A stretch of DNA of 29,199 nucleotides from IMG/VR virus record IMGVR_UViG_3300006753_001587, positions 1 to 29,199 of that record; one strand, 5' to 3'. The position numbers were made by a program, and so were the translations under genes. Positions 26,067-29,199 of the stretch are shown here, piece after piece (the first letter of the stretch is position 1; each line of letters begins with the position of its first letter). The notes beneath the pieces were generated by a model. That model had not been told where the DNA came from, did not search any database, and worked only from the letters and a program-made list of their open reading frames with translations. The DNA is from a virus. Taxonomy: Duplodnaviria > Caudoviricetes.

Positions 26067-26975
26067 ATGGCTAATGAAGTAACAACCTCCGCACTTGCGA
26101 GTTCTGGTGGACTGGTTGCCGAAATCCTCGCAGCTCTCGTACATGAGCAAATCTACGACCCCACAGACCTCCGTGCTGTCTGCACCCGCATCCCCTGGAC
26201 TGCTGGTGGTTCGACAACGATGGCCGTGACATCACTGCCCGCGCCCGCTGCATATACCGCCGTCACCGAGACGAGCGCGGCAGCCAACAGCGCCTACACA
26301 ACTTCAGAATTTACGCTCACTTGTGCGCGTTATGCGAGGCAGTACGAAATCACCGATCTCGTCCCAATGGCTGGTTCGGTTGTCGACTTGGAGGTGCTCG
26401 CTGGCAACTTGGTGAACGGCATGTCCATCACCATCAGCAACCTGATTGCAGCACTGTTCACCAGCATCTCTGATAGCGCCGGGACCACTGGTGTCGACCT
26501 TTCCGTGGATGACTTGTATGACGCGCAGTTTGCACTCAACGACAATGCCGCCCAGGGACCGTACAGTTGCGTGCTCGCGCCCGTCCAGATGAACGATTTC
26601 AGGTCGTCGTTAAGAGGGGAGTCCGGCGCCCAAAGCTTCAATCCCGCTTCGGTGGAGCAACTTGCAACACGCGGCCCAGGATTTCAGGGAAGCTGGAACG
26701 GAATTAATTTCTGGCAATCGGATCAGGTGGCAACCTCGGGCGGAAACCGTCTCGGCTGCATGTTTGCAGATGGCTGCTTTGCCTATTCCGAAGCGCCTGT
26801 ATCGCTGTTGCAGGGACACATCCCCGCAGACCGCGTGTTGCTCAATGCTGGTGAGCTGCTTGTGGAGCTTATCCGCGCGGCATCGCTCGGTGAGACGGCT
26901 GCCCTGGCTCACTACTATCCCGCAGTAGCCATCGCAGAGAACGCGCGTGGATGCGAGATCATCACTGACGCTTAG
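26067..26975 (+). CDS. Major capsid protein
   Basis: 302 aa after scaffold, strong SD, followed by stable hairpins; composition and G.WNGINFWQS pattern fit an HK97-fold coat. Confidence 0.8.
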   Translation: MANEVTTSALASSGGLVAEILAALVHEQIYDPTDLRAVCTRIPWTAGGSTTMAVTSLPAPAAYTAVTETSAAANSAYTTSEFTLTCARYARQYEITDLVPMAGSVVDLEVLAGNLVNGMSITISNLIAALFTSISDSAGTTGVDLSVDDLYDAQFALNDNAAQGPYSCVLAPVQMNDFRSSLRGESGAQSFNPASVEQLATRGPGFQGSWNGINFWQSDQVATSGGNRLGCMFADGCFAYSEAPVSLLQGHIPADRVLLNAGELLVELIRAASLGETAALAHYYPAVAIAENARGCEIITDA

Positions 26976-26982
26976 CGTACGC

Positions 26983-27032
26983 TGACCCTTCGGGGTCACT
27001 CGGGGCCGGGCAGAGGTGGTCTGTCCGGTCCC
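26983..27032 (+). terminator. Tandem hairpins after capsid gene (stabiliser/attenuator)
   Basis: TGACCC-TTCG-GGGTCA (C(UUCG)G loop) and a 13-bp stem 27002-27014/27020-27032; no U-tract. Confidence 0.6.
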
Positions 27033-27063
27033 ACCCTTCACTTCCCCAGCAGGAGAGCACCAC

Positions 27064-27756
27064 ATGTCAGGAACCCAGAAGACCATCAGACTCAGCACGC
27101 CCCAGGTAGAAGAGGAGGTGGTCACAGCCCGTCGCGGTCTACCGTCCAATGGGCGCTTCGTCTGCGCGGAGCGCTTTGTCTACACGCACTACCCCACAAA
27201 CTGGGAGTATGACGATGTGCATGGGTTCGTACCACGCCTCAACAAGGTGATGGCAAAGCCCGGCGTCAATGGCGTCGGCGCAGACCGCAAGCTCAACCGG
27301 GCGATTGCCTGGGTCAGTGAGCAGGGCGGCACATTCATTGACCCCAAGGATACCCGGCTGGGCTCCTACCAAGACTACGTCCGTTTCTATGAGACAGAAT
27401 CAGGCCAAAAGCACTACTGTGACTTCAGCGATGAGGCCACGGTGCTGCCCAATGGCAAGGTGCTGTGGAACAAGAACGAATCAGCCAAAGCCTTCCGCAG
27501 GTTCAGAGCTGCTATCCGTGACTCCGGCATCATCGAGCCCATGCACGAAGAGGTATATGTGGCGCTGAAGGTCAAGGCAGAACGCCGCGCCAACTCCCTC
27601 CACGGACGCGCAGACCGCAACCCGCATCTCCTGAAGAAGGCCCAGGCAGCAGAGGCCCGGCTTGACGCGATGGATCAGGAGTTTGAGAAGATTACCAACC
27701 AGATGGCCCAAGACATCCCGACCGGGAATGTTGATAGCTTTGTGATGGAGGACTGA
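27064..27756 (+). CDS. Hypothetical head-module protein (230 aa)
   Basis: AGGAG SD at 27051; long ORF coupled by TGATG to next gene. Confidence 0.75.
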   Translation: MSGTQKTIRLSTPQVEEEVVTARRGLPSNGRFVCAERFVYTHYPTNWEYDDVHGFVPRLNKVMAKPGVNGVGADRKLNRAIAWVSEQGGTFIDPKDTRLGSYQDYVRFYETESGQKHYCDFSDEATVLPNGKVLWNKNESAKAFRRFRAAIRDSGIIEPMHEEVYVALKVKAERRANSLHGRADRNPHLLKKAQAAEARLDAMDQEFEKITNQMAQDIPTGNVDSFVMED

Positions 27757-27992
27757 TGGCCCGCGATCAGAAGATGGTAGACGCTATGCCCATACTCAAG
27801 CGAGCCCTTGCCATGCTTCGGCAGGCGCAGCTCTTGGAGCAGCAACCCGGCGACACCAAGCAGGCATCGAAAGAAGCCAAGAAGGTAGCCGCCGAGATTG
27901 CCGCCGAGGCTGCCTCAGTGCTGGGCCACAAGGCAGCCGCCAAGAAGGCACCAGCCAAGAAGAAGGCCGCGCCCAAGAAGGCCGCCAAGTGA
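27756..27992 (+). CDS. Small protein with histone H1-like Lys/Ala/Pro tail
   Basis: GGAGG SD; C-terminus KAAAKKAPAKKKAAPKKAAK. Confidence 0.7.
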   Translation: MARDQKMVDAMPILKRALAMLRQAQLLEQQPGDTKQASKEAKKVAAEIAAEAASVLGHKAAAKKAPAKKKAAPKKAAK

Positions 27993-28183
27993 GCGACCAT
28001 CAGCGCGAGCTTGAAACCTGGAACCGCCCTGAGCCCTCTGGAGAGAGGCAGGGAAGGCGAGAGGGGATCGAGCGCATGACAGGCCAGCTTGTGTCCAATG
28101 GCATGAGCCAGGAGCAAGCATCGAAGCGCGCGCGACAGTGTGCCATTCGCAAAGACCGCAGAGAGGAATCCAAGAAACGCTAA
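27989..28183 (+). CDS. Small basic hypothetical protein
   Basis: GTGA overlap; 64 aa, highly charged. Confidence 0.6.
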   Translation: MSDHQRELETWNRPEPSGERQGRREGIERMTGQLVSNGMSQEQASKRARQCAIRKDRREESKKR

Positions 28184-28207
28184 CCCCCAAAACAACAAGA
28201 GGTTGAA

Positions 28208-28579
28208 ATGGCTGACCAGTACACCGGGAAAAACCCCTTCAAAATCCCCCGCCCCATCCGCACGCCGGGTGGGTTCAACGAAGAGACTCTGGCGGGTCAC
28301 AAAACGTTGACCTATCGGGACTCGCAATTTCAGGTGCTCAACGCTGATGGCGCCGGTCGAGAGATCACGCTACCCGTGGCAGGCGCAAAGGCGGGTGCGT
28401 TCTTCTGGATCTCCAACAAGACCGCAACAGCCCATGCCTTGACTGTACTGCAACCGGACGCATCGACGACTGTTTGCACAATCGCTCAGAACAAGGCCGC
28501 CCTGGTCTTCGCGGTCGATGATGCTGCCGCCGCTGGGACGGGTTGGTCATTGTTTGCCATGTTCACAATCACCATCTGA
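28208..28579 (+). CDS. Putative capsid decoration/small virion protein
   Basis: GAGG SD; beta-rich, REITLP..GAFFWISNK pattern resembles virion accessory domains. Confidence 0.5.
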   Translation: MADQYTGKNPFKIPRPIRTPGGFNEETLAGHKTLTYRDSQFQVLNADGAGREITLPVAGAKAGAFFWISNKTATAHALTVLQPDASTTVCTIAQNKAALVFAVDDAAAAGTGWSLFAMFTITI

Positions 28580-28587
28580 GGTAGACC

Positions 28588-29199
28588 GTGAGCGCCACCC
28601 TCTACCAAGCCCGGATCGCTGGCCCTATCCTGATCGAACAGAACAAAGACAACGTCTTGACGCTGGATATCGAGAAGGATGGGGCGGCGGCCACGCTCAC
28701 CTCTGGCACCCTGACGGTCTATCGGCCATCTGGGGATAAGCTGGTGGACGCGGTGGCGGGCTCGGTGGGGGCTGGCAAGTTCACGTCAGCGACCATCCTG
28801 GCCGCCACGACCGCCGATGAGAGTCTGGGGGATAGGTGGCTGGTCCAGTTTGACATCGTCATAGGTGGGGCCACGGAGACGTTCTACACGGACGGCGCCT
28901 TGGTCCTGGCTCAACTGCGCCCGCCCATCGGTCAGACTGACTTAGTGGAGAGGCACAGCGAGTGCGCCAACCTGCTCAAGTCCGGCATTACAACCGGGCT
29001 CCAGCAGTACATCTTTCAGGCGTGGCACGACATCCTGAACCGGATGTATTCAGATGGGGTAGCCTTCTGGCGTTGGCGTACAGCCTCGGCCACCAGGGCG
29101 GTTCTGTTCGCTAGGACGTTTGAGATCCTGTTCCGGGATTACAGCACACTGCTCGACCCGGACGACCGATACTCTGAGCTGTCCACGATGTACGCAGAA
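28588..29199 (+). CDS. Head-tail connector/adaptor-like protein, 3' truncated (not in ORF track)
   Basis: GAGGT SD then GTG at 28588; open for 204 codons to window end (SATLYQARIAGPILIEQ..QYIFQAWHDILNRM..); synteny. Confidence 0.6.
   Translation, partial: MSATLYQARIAGPILIEQNKDNVLTLDIEKDGAAATLTSGTLTVYRPSGDKLVDAVAGSVGAGKFTSATILAATTADESLGDRWLVQFDIVIGGATETFYTDGALVLAQLRPPIGQTDLVERHSECANLLKSGITTGLQQYIFQAWHDILNRMYSDGVAFWRWRTASATRAVLFARTFEILFRDYSTLLDPDDRYSELSTMYAE

Overview
About 29 kb of a GC-rich, siphovirus-like tailed phage, apparently a near-complete circularly permuted genome. It opens in the tail-chaperone/tape-measure region and ends in a head-completion gene, so the neck and major tail genes are probably the missing piece. 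Gene order: tail module (1-9663), lysis cassette (9683-11520), a leftward early arm of small genes plus Gp157-like and ERF recombination genes (11592-14707), then a rightward arm. That arm holds an XRE-HTH regulator, an amino-MTase, RusA, an initiator with an internal iteron origin, a loader-like gene, a self-promoted accessory island (17575-18504), an overprinted two-frame C5-MTase, a ParB-MTase fusion, TerS/TerL, portal, scaffold, major capsid and head-associated genes. No integrase, second repressor, tRNA or CRISPR array is visible. Most notable: (i) a family of repeated promoter/RBS/stop modules that delimit small-gene cassettes, one exactly flanked by 26-nt direct repeats next to the ERF annealase; (ii) a cytosine methylase split over two frames whose ATGs are 4 nt apart behind one SD; (iii) several structured intergenic RNAs, including a possible two-state capsid leader. 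All protein assignments come from motif recognition and synteny by eye; no searches were run.
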